The notes below the pieces were generated by a model. The model had not been told where the DNA came from and did not search any database. It worked only from the letters and a program-made list of their open reading frames with translations. The position numbers and the translations under genes are program-made. From a virus (lineage: Duplodnaviria; Heunggongvirae; Uroviricota; Caudoviricetes), in the IMG/VR virus record IMGVR_UViG_3300026382_000001: a stretch of DNA of 64,000 nucleotides; one strand, 5' to 3'. Each line of letters opens with the position of its first letter. Position 1 is the stretch's first letter. Positions 28,677 through 39,266 of the stretch are shown in pieces.

Positions 28677-28868
28677 ATTAAAAGGAATAAAATAAATAAG
28701 AAAGAATTAATATAGTAATATTAATATTTGAAGAATATTATATAAATTTAATATTAAAAAGTATTTATTTTAATTTTAGATTAGTCGATAAACCATAAAA
28801 TAAAAACTAAATGTAGAGAAACAGTATTATAGATATAATAAATACAGTCTAAAATTCAAAGGAATTAA

Positions 28869-30410
28869 ATGATTACATTAAATTTTAAAGAGTACGAGAG
28901 AGTGGATGAGTTACCCGAAGTAACCAATCCGGCAATATACACAAGTAATAAACACAATATCTTTAGCAAAGATTCATTATATTCCGAACAGATATTTGGA
29001 CCATTGAAAAATTATAAATGCCAATGCGAAAAATTATTTGGAAGAATTAATGCTGGGGAAGTTTGTGATCTTTGTGGAGTTGAATGTGGATTAAGCGATA
29101 AACGTAATTCCCAATTTGCTAAAATATTATTACCCGAAGGTATATATATTATAAACCCAGATTTTAAAAATGCTTTGCAAGAGGTATTTGGTTTTAACGC
29201 TATAAAAAATTTATTAAATAAATTTCAATATAACGCTAATAAAGAAAATCCATATATTTATAGTCTCAGTAAAGAAAAATTATTGAGAACCTCAAAAATA
29301 TCAGAAAAGGAAATTGGTAATTGTTTAGTTGATTTTCCAGTATTTGATATTAATTCATTAAGATTATTATTTAATTTTCTTAAAGATGAATTAAAATCTG
29401 AGTATTACTCGATAAATGAAGAAACCGGAGAAGTAATTGAACATCCAGTTACCGAAGAAGAAAAATTAGAGGAACGTTATAAATTTAGACATTTAATAAC
29501 TGATAAAATTAATTATAAATATATCAAACATATTTTTATTAATTATATTTTAGTAACTCCTCCTGGTTCAAGACAGGTTATTAAAATTTCAAACGTAAAA
29601 ATTATACCACATCCTATTTCAAAAGCTTATATAGAAATACTTAAAAATATTTCTAGAGGTACTAGTATTATGGATAATCTTTATAACGCTAATTCAGATT
29701 TCTTTGGAAATACGGTATATAAATACCAGCAATCAGTTGACGCTATTTATGATGAAATTCTTCAATTTAACTTTCAAAAAACTAAGAATTATGTTAGGGA
29801 ATCATTGACTGGTAAAACAATTGAATTCTCTCAGAGAGCTGTAATTGTTCCTAATCCAGTTCTTAAACCTTATCAAATTGGTCTTCCGGAAGAAAGCGTT
29901 AAGAAATTATTCTTACCTGAGTTACTTAGATATTTATTTCTTAAGTATGAAGAAAACGAAATTGAAATTATAGAAAAAGAGGGGGAAGTTAAATTATTTA
30001 GTATAGTTGAATACATTCAATATGTATATGATAGTTTTGATAAAAACTTTGAAATAGCTATACCAGAAGATGATTTAAGTGATTTTCTTAAAAATTATAT
30101 TTCTGATTTTAAAATGATTGTTGAAAGACAACCAAACTTATATAAGTGGAGTATGTCTGGATATATGTTAGCAAGAGCCTATGGGGATTCTAAAAACGAA
30201 ATTATAGAAATACCGGAATTAGATGGATTATCGGATGATGAAAGATTATTGTATTTTGAAGCACTGCAAGAAGCTCCAGAATATGTTCGAAAAGGTATTT
30301 TAGAGAATAGACCAATGATGAAAATATTTCAAAATAATATGAAATTAGCAGTTACAAAAATTTATAGGGATAAGATAAAGGATATTTATGGAGAAACAAC
30401 TAATTCTTAA
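28869..30410 (+). CDS. rpoC: RNA polymerase beta' N-terminal subunit (RNAP set 2, probably non-virion)
   Basis: LYSEQIFGP..NYKCQC...CDLCGV, PPGSR, RESLTGK...SQRAVIVPNP, ERQPNL. Confidence 0.92.
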   Translation: MITLNFKEYERVDELPEVTNPAIYTSNKHNIFSKDSLYSEQIFGPLKNYKCQCEKLFGRINAGEVCDLCGVECGLSDKRNSQFAKILLPEGIYIINPDFKNALQEVFGFNAIKNLLNKFQYNANKENPYIYSLSKEKLLRTSKISEKEIGNCLVDFPVFDINSLRLLFNFLKDELKSEYYSINEETGEVIEHPVTEEEKLEERYKFRHLITDKINYKYIKHIFINYILVTPPGSRQVIKISNVKIIPHPISKAYIEILKNISRGTSIMDNLYNANSDFFGNTVYKYQQSVDAIYDEILQFNFQKTKNYVRESLTGKTIEFSQRAVIVPNPVLKPYQIGLPEESVKKLFLPELLRYLFLKYEENEIEIIEKEGEVKLFSIVEYIQYVYDSFDKNFEIAIPEDDLSDFLKNYISDFKMIVERQPNLYKWSMSGYMLARAYGDSKNEIIEIPELDGLSDDERLLYFEALQEAPEYVRKGILENRPMMKIFQNNMKLAVTKIYRDKIKDIYGETTNS

Positions 30411-30485
30411 AAAAATATCAAAATACCGATATCGTGGTAAAAATGGTAAGAAAAAAATTTATGAATATGAATGGGAGGAAAAAGA

Positions 30486-30683
30486 ATGAAATTAATAGTT
30501 CTTGAAAAAATAAGTCCAACTGAAGTAAATCCATGTTTGGAAGAGATTGATTTTCCAAATATGGAATCATTTGAATCAAATATAGATGATTCTTGTCCGG
30601 ATACTTATCTAAATATAAAAGAAGCTAAAGAACTTCGAGATGCATTGGATAAATTAATATCCGATATTGAATTGGTAGAATAA
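30486..30683 (+). CDS. Hypothetical protein
   Basis: Start after GGAGG SD. Confidence 0.5.
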   Translation: MKLIVLEKISPTEVNPCLEEIDFPNMESFESNIDDSCPDTYLNIKEAKELRDALDKLISDIELVE

Positions 30684-30904
30684 TGAATATCGAGACCAAA
30701 AAATATTTTATAGAGACTTTTTCAAATGGAGATGGTATAACCATAACGGTTGATAAAAAATGGGCACTTGATAAAAAACATGATTTTTATTGGAATCCAA
30801 TTACTAATATTCTTTTAATAGAATATATTTTTGGTAATAAAAGTAAAACAATAAAAACAACCTGTGAAAATTTTGGTTGTATAAATATAAAAGGAATAAC
30901 ATGA
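30683..30904 (+). CDS. Hypothetical protein
   Basis: Coupled ORF. Confidence 0.5.
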   Translation: MNIETKKYFIETFSNGDGITITVDKKWALDKKHDFYWNPITNILLIEYIFGNKSKTIKTTCENFGCINIKGIT

Positions 30905-31149
30905 CAGATGCTATTTATGTAATAGATGGAAAAGAATATCCATTTAGTATTAGAGAAAATCTCGAATTAAAATCAGGTCATTTATATTTAAATGATAAAA
31001 AAGTATTTGATACATTTAGACGAGGTAGTAATATTATAAACAATATTGTTACTTTTAATGATGTTGATATAACAAGTTACGGAAGAGAATTATTTAATAT
31101 CCCAGAGGATTATAATAATCACTTCGTTAGAGTGAGTATAAGAGCTTAA
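30901..31149 (+). CDS. Hypothetical protein
   Basis: Start 30901 after AAGGA. Confidence 0.5.
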   Translation: MTDAIYVIDGKEYPFSIRENLELKSGHLYLNDKKVFDTFRRGSNIINNIVTFNDVDITSYGRELFNIPEDYNNHFVRVSIRA

Positions 31150-31150
31150 T

Positions 31151-31645
31151 ATGAAACAGGACAATACTTTAAATAAATGGACACGCGAATTTATTTCGTG
31201 GAGTTTTATAATACTGGTCATTTATTTTTGGACGGTATCGTTGGCTATTTTATTTGGTTTAGTGATTATTTTTGGTATTCTTTTTTATGGAATATATAAA
31301 TTATTCAATCATATTTTAAACTTCCAAAATTTTGAATTAGCCAGAAAAAATAAACCAAAATGGTTTATTTTTGGAAATAAACTCTATAATAAAATAGTGG
31401 ATTATATAGAGCAAAAAGTTAAAGAAAAATCAAAAATTTCAAAAAATGAAATTATTTCGGCTATGGAGTTTTATGATTTTTATGAAATAGAAGAAGTTAC
31501 TAAATATGAAATAAAATATAGATGGAAAGAAGTACAAAAAATATGCCATCCCGATTCTGGAATTAGACCAAACGTTGAGAAAAGTCAATTGGCTAATAAG
31601 TATAAAGATATATTATTAGAGGCGGTAAAACAACGAAATGATTAA
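31151..31645 (+). CDS. Membrane-anchored J-domain protein
   Basis: N-terminal TM helices; EIKYRWK...CHPD...Q..N..KD.L. Confidence 0.75.
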   Translation: MKQDNTLNKWTREFISWSFIILVIYFWTVSLAILFGLVIIFGILFYGIYKLFNHILNFQNFELARKNKPKWFIFGNKLYNKIVDYIEQKVKEKSKISKNEIISAMEFYDFYEIEEVTKYEIKYRWKEVQKICHPDSGIRPNVEKSQLANKYKDILLEAVKQRND

Positions 31646-32009
31646 CAATATAAACCATAATAAAAAAAGATTGTTGAATTTAATACCTGATGATAAATTA
31701 GAAAATTTTATTAAATTTACAGATCGTAATGGGGACTTTGTTCCACGATATTTAAAATTAATTAAAAATGATTGTGATTTAGTTCAGGAAATTAAATTAT
31801 ATTGGGATGAAAATATTAGTTGGTTAGATGATGAAATATTTAATAATATATATAATGATCTTTTTCAATTGAAATGTATATGTTATTTTTTTGAGTACTC
31901 GTTAGACGATTTACAATGTAATAATAAAATATGTGAAAATTTAGTTTGGCTTAAACATAATATTCCTGAGAGTTATTGTTCTAGTAATTGTAGAAAAGTG
32001 ATGAGATAA
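31638..32009 (+). CDS. Hypothetical protein with zinc-binding motif
   Basis: DDLQC...C...YCSSNC, similar to the N-terminus of the next ORF. Confidence 0.55.
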   Translation: MINNINHNKKRLLNLIPDDKLENFIKFTDRNGDFVPRYLKLIKNDCDLVQEIKLYWDENISWLDDEIFNNIYNDLFQLKCICYFFEYSLDDLQCNNKICENLVWLKHNIPESYCSSNCRKVMR

Positions 32010-32021
32010 AAAGGAGAGTAA

Positions 32022-33479
32022 GTGAACTACACCTTTGAAAAATATTTTGATAAACGTGGAATATTAAATTCCAGTTTATTAAAAAATATAACAATTGAGG
32101 AAAAAGAAACGGTTGAAAATTATTTTACCGAATTAAAATTAAATGAAATTCAAGATATAAAAACTGATATCCGTTCAAAAGTTTCATTTTATTTAAATCA
32201 ATATTCTAAAGATGATTTACAATGTAAAGGAGACAATTGTAATAAAATGGTAAATTTAGCTAATTCTCGTCCTGGAAGTTTCTGTAGTTTAAATTGCAAA
32301 AAGGGAAGTTCTTATTTAGCTAATATTGGTAAAGAAAAATTCTCAGATGCAAGTAGATATAAACAAACCGAGACTAAGTTAAAAAAACTCTATGGAGAAA
32401 ATGCCAAGTATCTATTAAATAAGGAATTATTTATAAAAGAATTTTTAATAGAAAAGGATGGGACTAATGAGTGCGATTATACAAAAATAGAAAATATTCT
32501 TGGTATAAAAAAAGGAACTGCTCAAAAATATATAAGAAGGTTTGGGTTGGATGTAAAGACAACCCTTGGTAATCCTGGAACAACCGAACAAGTAATACAG
32601 GATATTTTAAATAATAGTATAAAAGCAACTATTTTAAAAAATAGTCGCAAAATACTTTCTAATGGAACTGAATTAGATTTTTACTTACCAGATTATAATT
32701 TTGCTATAGAAACTAATGGAGTATATTGGCATAGTTATGGAGGAGAAGATAATAAACAACATCAGTTATCAAGACATTCTATTAAGGTAGAGGAATCTTA
32801 TAAAAAAAATATTCATTTATTTCAAATAAATGAAAATGAATTATCAGATGAAAATTTAAAAAGTATATGGGAATCTAAAATATTATTAAAATTAGGTTTA
32901 TTTTCAAGAAAAATATTTGCTCGAAAATGTAAAATAAAAGAAATTTCCTCTAAAATAGCCAAACAATTTTTAGAGGAAAATCATTTACAAGGGTATGCAT
33001 ATTCTAATATTAAATTAGGATTATATTTTGAAAACGAATTAGTTTCCATTATGACGTTTGGAAAACCTCGATTTAATAAGAAAATTGATTGGGAATTAAT
33101 TCGGTCAGCTTCTTTAAAAAATACCTTAATTGTTGGTGGAGCTAGTAAACTATTTAAATATTTTATTAGACACTATAATCCTAGAAATATATTAACATAT
33201 GGTAATTGTAGATGGGTAAATAAAAATAATATTTATGATATCCTTAATTTTTCTTTTATTGAAAAAACTAAACCAAGTTATTATTATTTTAAACCATCCG
33301 ATTGGAAATTACATATGATACATAGGAGTCAGTTTCAAAAACATAAACTAAAAAACTTGGAAGAATTTAAAGAAAATTATTCGGATGATTTGACGGAAGA
33401 AGAAATTGTTTTAAATAGCGGCTATAGAAAAATCTGGGATGCAGGACATCTTAAATATATTTGGACAAAGGAAAATTAA
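32022..33479 (+). CDS. Putative homing endonuclease (Hef-like type) between the two beta' genes
   Basis: ELDFYLP...AIETNGVYWHS; IFARKC...FLEENHLQG...WELIR...GGASKL...KIWDAG. Confidence 0.75.
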   Translation: MNYTFEKYFDKRGILNSSLLKNITIEEKETVENYFTELKLNEIQDIKTDIRSKVSFYLNQYSKDDLQCKGDNCNKMVNLANSRPGSFCSLNCKKGSSYLANIGKEKFSDASRYKQTETKLKKLYGENAKYLLNKELFIKEFLIEKDGTNECDYTKIENILGIKKGTAQKYIRRFGLDVKTTLGNPGTTEQVIQDILNNSIKATILKNSRKILSNGTELDFYLPDYNFAIETNGVYWHSYGGEDNKQHQLSRHSIKVEESYKKNIHLFQINENELSDENLKSIWESKILLKLGLFSRKIFARKCKIKEISSKIAKQFLEENHLQGYAYSNIKLGLYFENELVSIMTFGKPRFNKKIDWELIRSASLKNTLIVGGASKLFKYFIRHYNPRNILTYGNCRWVNKNNIYDILNFSFIEKTKPSYYYFKPSDWKLHMIHRSQFQKHKLKNLEEFKENYSDDLTEEEIVLNSGYRKIWDAGHLKYIWTKEN

Positions 33480-35527
33480 TGGAAATACGAAAAAATAGAG
33501 TAATGGAGTTATCTAACTTAACATCAGTGCTTCACAACCATGATTATGATGGTGATAATGTTATTGCAGCGGCTTTACATTCCGAAGAAGCAAAGCACGA
33601 TTTTGCACATATGTTTGTAAATAACAATATTGAATTTGAACAAAGAGATTCGTTATTATTTGATTTCGAACATGAAGCTATATATGCTAGTTATATGTAT
33701 ACAAAAGTGGCATATCAAAATATAGGATATAATTTTGATACTGATTTTGGAGAAAATGCTTTAGCTTTGGGAGAAATAGAAGTAATTGTAAAAGACTTCG
33801 CTGAACTTAGAGAAAAATATATAAATTTCGATAGTATTAAAGAAAATAATTTAGTAATATCAATTGATAATTTAGATATAACTCTTACTTTATCTGATTG
33901 GTTAATTAATAGATGTTTACATCCTGCCGATTGGGACGAAACCTCAGATGACTTTATCATTTACCATAGTTTTGAAATTTTAAATAAAAAAAATCTTACT
34001 AAATTACTGTGGAGATTTTATAAAGATTTGAAAGCGAATGGTAGATCAGACGAATTATGGAATCTTGGACATGAATTAGATAAATTTTTAATGGAGATTG
34101 GGACAACTATAGATTATTGTAACCCTAGTTTTAATTTAAATGACTTTGCTGTAAATTCTGAAAAAATTACAGAATATAAAAAGAATCTTATTCAGAACGA
34201 ACCGTATTTAGCTTTTCATCAAAATATGGTACTATTCGAAGATTATGTTGGACCAGAAGTTAAAAAGAATCCAGATAATATTCTTCATCGTGTTTCAGAT
34301 TCTGGAGCAAGATTGAAATCAGTTCAATTATTAAAAGCAGCGAGTAATACGGGAATTCCTACCAATATCTATGGTAAAGCTATTCCAAGAAATATCGAGC
34401 ATTCCTTGCTTGATGGTTTAACTCAAAAAGAATATTATGAAACTGGAGATAGTGCAAGATTAGCATTAATGCAGAGACAAGATAGTATTCCTAGAGGTGG
34501 CGAACTTCAAAGAAAATTTTTCTTCAGTACTGGTATTTTACATTTTGAATATGATATTGAAGATTGTCAAGCTGAAGTTCCAATAGATGAACGTAAAACA
34601 ATAGATATCGAAATTAAAGATAAGGATCATCTTAAATCATTAAATCATCGTTGGTTTATAAATGAAGAAACAAAAAAAGATTTTTATATCGATATAGAAA
34701 CAGAGTGTAAAGATTGGAGAGATTATTTTAGTGAAATGATTGGACAAAGTTGGAGAATGTATTCACCGCGAAAATGTCAAGTACCGACATTCGGTATTTG
34801 TAAAAAATGTTTTGGTAAGAAAACTCCTACTTCTAAACATGTTGGAGCAAGTCTTGGTAGTTATATAGCAGAGGGTATTATTCAATCTGTTCTTAGAGCG
34901 CACCACTTTGGTGGAGCTTTTATTACGGAATTAAATTATAAAGTTTTAGATATTTTAAAAGATTCTAAAATTATAGCTAAACCAGATGAAACCATAATTG
35001 AAACAGCTAAGGAAAATACAGAAGTACTTATAGAATATTTATTTACTAAATATAACGAAAGTGATTTAGAAATAACTACAACTGATTATAAAGATACTGA
35101 AAAAGGAGAATATACTTCGTTAGTATTAAAAGTAATTAACTTACCATATAATGATGACTCTGTAAAAATTCTTACCAGTATTGTATCACTTATAGATAAA
35201 AATAGAAAAGATGACAAATTTATAGTTCCTAGTGAAATCTATAATTCTTTAGTAGAAGTAATTACACAAAATGATTTACTTAGTGTTTATTTTGAAATGA
35301 TTCTTAGTCTTATTTTTTATGACGAAGATGGTAATATATGTAAGTATTCTGATAAACCAGCAACTACACAAATTGCTTTAAAAAATATTATTGAAAAACT
35401 TGATCCAAAATTATCAATATTTTATAATTTTAGTAATAGAGCCATTGCTAATGTTTATAAAAATGAAAATTCTAGTACTGATGGAACCGGACATATGTAC
35501 AATGAACTACTAGAGATGTATTATTAG
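33479..35527 (+). CDS. rpoC: RNA polymerase beta' catalytic/C-terminal subunit (RNAP set 2)
   Basis: NHDYDGD active-site motif, SGAR, SLLDGL...Y...AR, C...GICKKCFG, Q.VLRAHHFGG; start set to 33479. Confidence 0.93.
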   Translation: MEIRKNRVMELSNLTSVLHNHDYDGDNVIAAALHSEEAKHDFAHMFVNNNIEFEQRDSLLFDFEHEAIYASYMYTKVAYQNIGYNFDTDFGENALALGEIEVIVKDFAELREKYINFDSIKENNLVISIDNLDITLTLSDWLINRCLHPADWDETSDDFIIYHSFEILNKKNLTKLLWRFYKDLKANGRSDELWNLGHELDKFLMEIGTTIDYCNPSFNLNDFAVNSEKITEYKKNLIQNEPYLAFHQNMVLFEDYVGPEVKKNPDNILHRVSDSGARLKSVQLLKAASNTGIPTNIYGKAIPRNIEHSLLDGLTQKEYYETGDSARLALMQRQDSIPRGGELQRKFFFSTGILHFEYDIEDCQAEVPIDERKTIDIEIKDKDHLKSLNHRWFINEETKKDFYIDIETECKDWRDYFSEMIGQSWRMYSPRKCQVPTFGICKKCFGKKTPTSKHVGASLGSYIAEGIIQSVLRAHHFGGAFITELNYKVLDILKDSKIIAKPDETIIETAKENTEVLIEYLFTKYNESDLEITTTDYKDTEKGEYTSLVLKVINLPYNDDSVKILTSIVSLIDKNRKDDKFIVPSEIYNSLVEVITQNDLLSVYFEMILSLIFYDEDGNICKYSDKPATTQIALKNIIEKLDPKLSIFYNFSNRAIANVYKNENSSTDGTGHMYNELLEMYY

Positions 35528-35561
35528 TACTTCTTTCAATGATTTAGATATTCTTTTAAAA

Positions 35562-35753
35562 ATGGTATCTCCGGAAGGTTCATTAAATGATAGAATATCG
35601 ATGCTTAAAAATGTAGATATGGAACAGGCAACACAAGAACAAAGACGAATTATGCTAGATATGGCTATTGATATAATACAAAAAGATCCAGTTTCTTTTT
35701 TAGGAAAACCTGAAATAAAAAAAGGGAAAATTGATATTAAGTTCGATAGCTAA
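35562..35753 (+). CDS. Small protein with KIDIKFDS tail
   Basis: Shared C-terminal motif. Confidence 0.5.
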   Translation: MVSPEGSLNDRISMLKNVDMEQATQEQRRIMLDMAIDIIQKDPVSFLGKPEIKKGKIDIKFDS

Positions 35754-35790
35754 AGATAGTTAACTATTCATAGTGGTACTATGAATAGTT
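35745..35790. repeat. 46-bp AACTAT/ATAGTT palindromic element
   Basis: Same as 63087..63132 except the 3-nt loop (GGT vs ACG) of a 13-bp stem. Confidence 0.85.
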
Positions 35791-35814
35791 ATTTAAATAA
35801 AAAAAGGATTATAT

Positions 35815-36147
35815 ATGGGAGAGAACATATATTTTATGGATTATATTATACACCATTTTTCAAATTTAGAGGTTTTAAGAAGAATTTTAATTGAAGGAGG
35901 CGATTATAATAATAATATAACATTAGAACAGATATTTGAAAAGGTTAATAATAATTCGGATATTGGTGAAATTTTTAATACTCATATAAATTGGAGTAAT
36001 AAATATGAAAGATTGGGTTTTATAAAATCAATTGAATTACACGCAGTCCACAGGGAATGGAGAAGTATTGTTGGAAAATGTAAAAACGATGGTGGTAAAA
36101 TACTTTTTAAAAAAAACATATATAAGTTAAAAATTAAATTTGACTAA
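35815..36147 (+). CDS. Paralogous family protein with KLKIKFD tail
   Basis: FMDYI...INWS...VHREW; shared tail. Confidence 0.6.
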   Translation: MGENIYFMDYIIHHFSNLEVLRRILIEGGDYNNNITLEQIFEKVNNNSDIGEIFNTHINWSNKYERLGFIKSIELHAVHREWRSIVGKCKNDGGKILFKKNIYKLKIKFD

Positions 36148-36168
36148 TTAAAAACCAAAGGATAAGAA

Positions 36169-37095
36169 ATGGTATTTAGAATTACAAATTATTGTAATAT
36201 GGGATGCATGCATTGTATGCAAGATAGCACTACTAAGGGTAAGCATGCTACAATGGAAATTATAGATAAAATGATTAGATTTGCTGAATTAGCGCCCCTA
36301 ACGACTACTATTCAATTAAGTGGTGGTGAACCGACAGAACATCCGGAATTTATTAAAATTCTTAAAAAAGTTTTAAAAGCTTTTAGTCCAAGACCAATTA
36401 CTATTATTACGAATGGTGATGGTTTTTATAATAAGGAACAATTAAAAAAAGTTTTAAAACTTATGCAAAAATATCCAAATCTTTTAATTCAACTTACATC
36501 AGTAAAAGGAATTTATAAAGATCATGATGAAAGAGTTAAGTTTCTAAATAAAAAATTTGATAAAATTAAAAAAAAATATGGAGATGATGTAGAAAGTCGT
36601 ATGGTATTATGTGAAACTTTGGATCATGGTATTATACCAGTTGGTAGAGCTTTAAAAAATATTGATAAGATAAAAGAAGTTTCTTTTATCGCTCAGCGAA
36701 AAAGCCCCGCATGTTTTAATATGTATAATTCATTAAGTGAGTATAATGGAGAATTATTTAAAGCCATCGATTATGTTAAAACTCATAGTTTGACTAGTTT
36801 TTGTAAGCCATTGATTAAAGAGGATGGTAAAGTAGTTTTTGGAGAATATGATGCATGCAGTACTATTATAGATTTGGCCGAAATTTCTATAGAAAATATG
36901 GAAAATATGAATAGTATGAAAGTAGATATTAGCCAAGTGCTTGGACCATGTAGAAGTTGCGTAAATAATCAAAATATGGAATCGGTTATAGACCAATACC
37001 TATATAAATTTAAACAACCCGAAAAAATTTTAAATATTAAAGATAAAACTAAATTAGAAGCTTTGGAGGCAATTAAAAAATTAAAAGGAGATTAA
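36169..37095 (+). CDS. Radical SAM protein
   Basis: CNMGCMHC, SGGEPTEHP, TNG; additional C-terminal Cys. Confidence 0.9.
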   Translation: MVFRITNYCNMGCMHCMQDSTTKGKHATMEIIDKMIRFAELAPLTTTIQLSGGEPTEHPEFIKILKKVLKAFSPRPITIITNGDGFYNKEQLKKVLKLMQKYPNLLIQLTSVKGIYKDHDERVKFLNKKFDKIKKKYGDDVESRMVLCETLDHGIIPVGRALKNIDKIKEVSFIAQRKSPACFNMYNSLSEYNGELFKAIDYVKTHSLTSFCKPLIKEDGKVVFGEYDACSTIIDLAEISIENMENMNSMKVDISQVLGPCRSCVNNQNMESVIDQYLYKFKQPEKILNIKDKTKLEALEAIKKLKGD

Positions 37096-37503
37096 ATGCA
37101 GGATGGTGGAATAGATCGATCCAAATTTTTTGATATTTATCAGCAATGGTCCAATCTTATAAATAATAATGATATTGATCAAAATGGTGGGGTAATCGCT
37201 TCGAATAAAAATGGAAGAATGTATTCGGAACATACGATAAAAAAAATGATATTAAATAGTACATATGGTTCAGGTATTGGAATAAATACTAGTACCATTA
37301 GACCAACTTCTTCAATACGATCTTATAATAGAGGGTTAAGTCCAAATTTTATAGCACTAGATGAGGTTGAAATAACTCCAGAAACATCTGACTTAAATCA
37401 ATTTATTTCTATCGAATTTAAATTACCCGAGAGTTTATTATCGGATAAATCAGAAAAACCAAAGAAATTAAAAATTAATTTTGAGGAGGATGCATATGAA
37501 TGA
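37096..37503 (+). CDS. Hypothetical protein carrying short enzyme-like motifs and KLKINFEED tail
   Basis: KKMILNSTYG, GIGINTSTIRP, RGLSPNFIALDE. Confidence 0.6.
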   Translation: MQDGGIDRSKFFDIYQQWSNLINNNDIDQNGGVIASNKNGRMYSEHTIKKMILNSTYGSGIGINTSTIRPTSSIRSYNRGLSPNFIALDEVEITPETSDLNQFISIEFKLPESLLSDKSEKPKKLKINFEEDAYE

Positions 37504-37768
37504 TTATACAAATTTAGATGAATCAGATACCTCTAAAATATTAGAAGGTATTATAGACAGTGTTCAAAATAAAGTAAATTTCTTAAATTTTGAAACATAT
37601 CGAGGAGAGTGGGATAATAACTGGTTTAATGAAAATAATGATTATGGTATTAAAACTATGTATTATAAAAAAATGTATTGGAAGAGCGATGAAAATAGGG
37701 TTAAAAAACCAACCAAATTAAAGGACATGATTTCACCTGGTATTAATTTTGAGGAGGATGCAATATGA
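37496..37768 (+). CDS. Hypothetical protein with INFEED tail
   Basis: Start after GAGGAGG. Confidence 0.55.
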   Translation: MNDYTNLDESDTSKILEGIIDSVQNKVNFLNFETYRGEWDNNWFNENNDYGIKTMYYKKMYWKSDENRVKKPTKLKDMISPGINFEEDAI

Positions 37769-37926
37769 ACCCGGAATATCCAGGAGAAAATTATTATGGT
37801 ATAAATAGTATATCTAAAGTTATTTCTGCAAGATTAATTTCTGAAAAACAACAGATTAAAATATTAGAGGAATCTTTAAAAAAAAGAAAAAATAAAAAAT
37901 TGGATGTTAAATTCGAAGGAGATTAA
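37765..37926 (+). CDS. Small protein (53 aa) with KLDVKFEGD tail
   Basis: Not in track; MNPEYPGENYYG...KKLDVKFEGD, GAGGAGG SD. Confidence 0.65.
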   Translation: MNPEYPGENYYGINSISKVISARLISEKQQIKILEESLKKRKNKKLDVKFEGD

Positions 37927-38063
37927 ATGGATGTAGGTGGTGTAGGTTTTGGAGCGTTAATTATATACGCTTGGAGAAAAGATATAGAGGAATACCTAGT
38001 TAGAGTAGGAAGAAGAATTCTAGATAAGAATTTTAATCCAAGTATAAATAATGAGGAGAATTA

Positions 38064-39266
38064 ATGAACTTAGTAAGTTTCAGTAAATACGACACAAGAG
38101 AAGATAATGAAGAATTATTAATTAAAGAATTTAGAAAACATGATTTAGGTAAATTAGAGGTAATTTTAATAGATCTATTTTCAAAGATTCACGAACTTAA
38201 TCCAGATTATAATTTTACATTAACTAAGGAGGATGTTCAACCAGGGTATATAAATAAAGATAATTCGTTTATGGATAATTATATTGTCACCCAACGATAT
38301 AAAGAATTCGATAATAAAATCGAAATTTATGTACCAAAGTTAATAAAAGATAATTTCTTTATTTTAAATAATATGGTTTATGTACCATTGTTATTTTTAG
38401 AAAAAGCCCCTATTGATAGAATAGACGTTGAATCAGATAAAGAGCAAAAAATATTTGCTAATATTAACCCAGTTTATAACTTTACTTTTATTTTTAATGA
38501 TGAAAAGATAATTCAATTTAAAAATAAAAAAATAGATATGCTTTTATTTTTAAAAATATTTTTTAATAAAGATGAAGAATATTTGGAATATTTGGCAGAG
38601 CATGGATTAATACATAAGAAAACTGGAGAAAATCCATTTAGATTTACAAAAGAAGAATTAAAGAAAGTAATTGATTTCTTTGGTTTTCATAAAACCGATT
38701 TCTTTTATGAGGTCTTTGAAAAAGAAGGAACTATAACAGATTTCTTCGACAAGTTTTTAATGCTTGAATACTACAGAGATATTTTTGATAATTATTATGG
38801 AGTGCGAACACTTCCAGAAATATTTAAAAAAATTATTGAGTTGTATTTAAATGAAACTCCAATTGATATGGCCGATCCAGATAATAGAAGAATTGTTCTT
38901 TTGGAATATTTAGTCAGACCAGTTTTTGAAATTTACGTAAGATTACTTTATGGAGCGATTGATAAAGCTAATCAAAACTTTTTGGCAAGTATGAATAAAA
39001 ACAGTATTATGACAAAAGGTTTCAATAAGAATTTACACCGAGGTAACTTATATGATTTAAGTCTTCCTTACCCATCTTCATTAATACATAAGATATCTCA
39101 AGATATTAGTATTATTACGGATGGTCGTTTACCAAAATCATGGACTGAGAATCATCCAAAAACCTTTGGAAAGATTTGTCCAATTTCGGTTTCAGCTGAT
39201 AAAACAGCATTGAATTTAGTACTCACTAGTACTACAAAAGTTAATTTATTTGGGAAAATATTATGA
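38064..39266 (+). CDS. rpoB: RNA polymerase beta N-terminal subunit (RNAP set 2)
   Basis: YVPKL...FFILN, D..DPDNRRI, HPKTFGKICPIS matching RpoB regions. Confidence 0.8.
   Translation: MNLVSFSKYDTREDNEELLIKEFRKHDLGKLEVILIDLFSKIHELNPDYNFTLTKEDVQPGYINKDNSFMDNYIVTQRYKEFDNKIEIYVPKLIKDNFFILNNMVYVPLLFLEKAPIDRIDVESDKEQKIFANINPVYNFTFIFNDEKIIQFKNKKIDMLLFLKIFFNKDEEYLEYLAEHGLIHKKTGENPFRFTKEELKKVIDFFGFHKTDFFYEVFEKEGTITDFFDKFLMLEYYRDIFDNYYGVRTLPEIFKKIIELYLNETPIDMADPDNRRIVLLEYLVRPVFEIYVRLLYGAIDKANQNFLASMNKNSIMTKGFNKNLHRGNLYDLSLPYPSSLIHKISQDISIITDGRLPKSWTENHPKTFGKICPISVSADKTALNLVLTSTTKVNLFGKIL

Noticed and set aside
28677-28868. Extremely AT-rich intergenic gap as replication origin
   Set aside because: No iterons or other support beyond AT content; it contains a TAGATAT motif and is adequately explained as a promoter region
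28869-30410. This beta'-N gene as the trans-splicing partner of the orphan intein at 879..2093
   Set aside because: It ends before the catalytic loop with no IntN-like tail, and its continuation with an intact DYDGD is at 33479
37096-37503. Calling this ORF the missing DNA polymerase motif-B subunit
   Set aside because: Only ~10 residues match; no motif A or fingers helices and the context is low-complexity; kept only as a motif-mosaic observation
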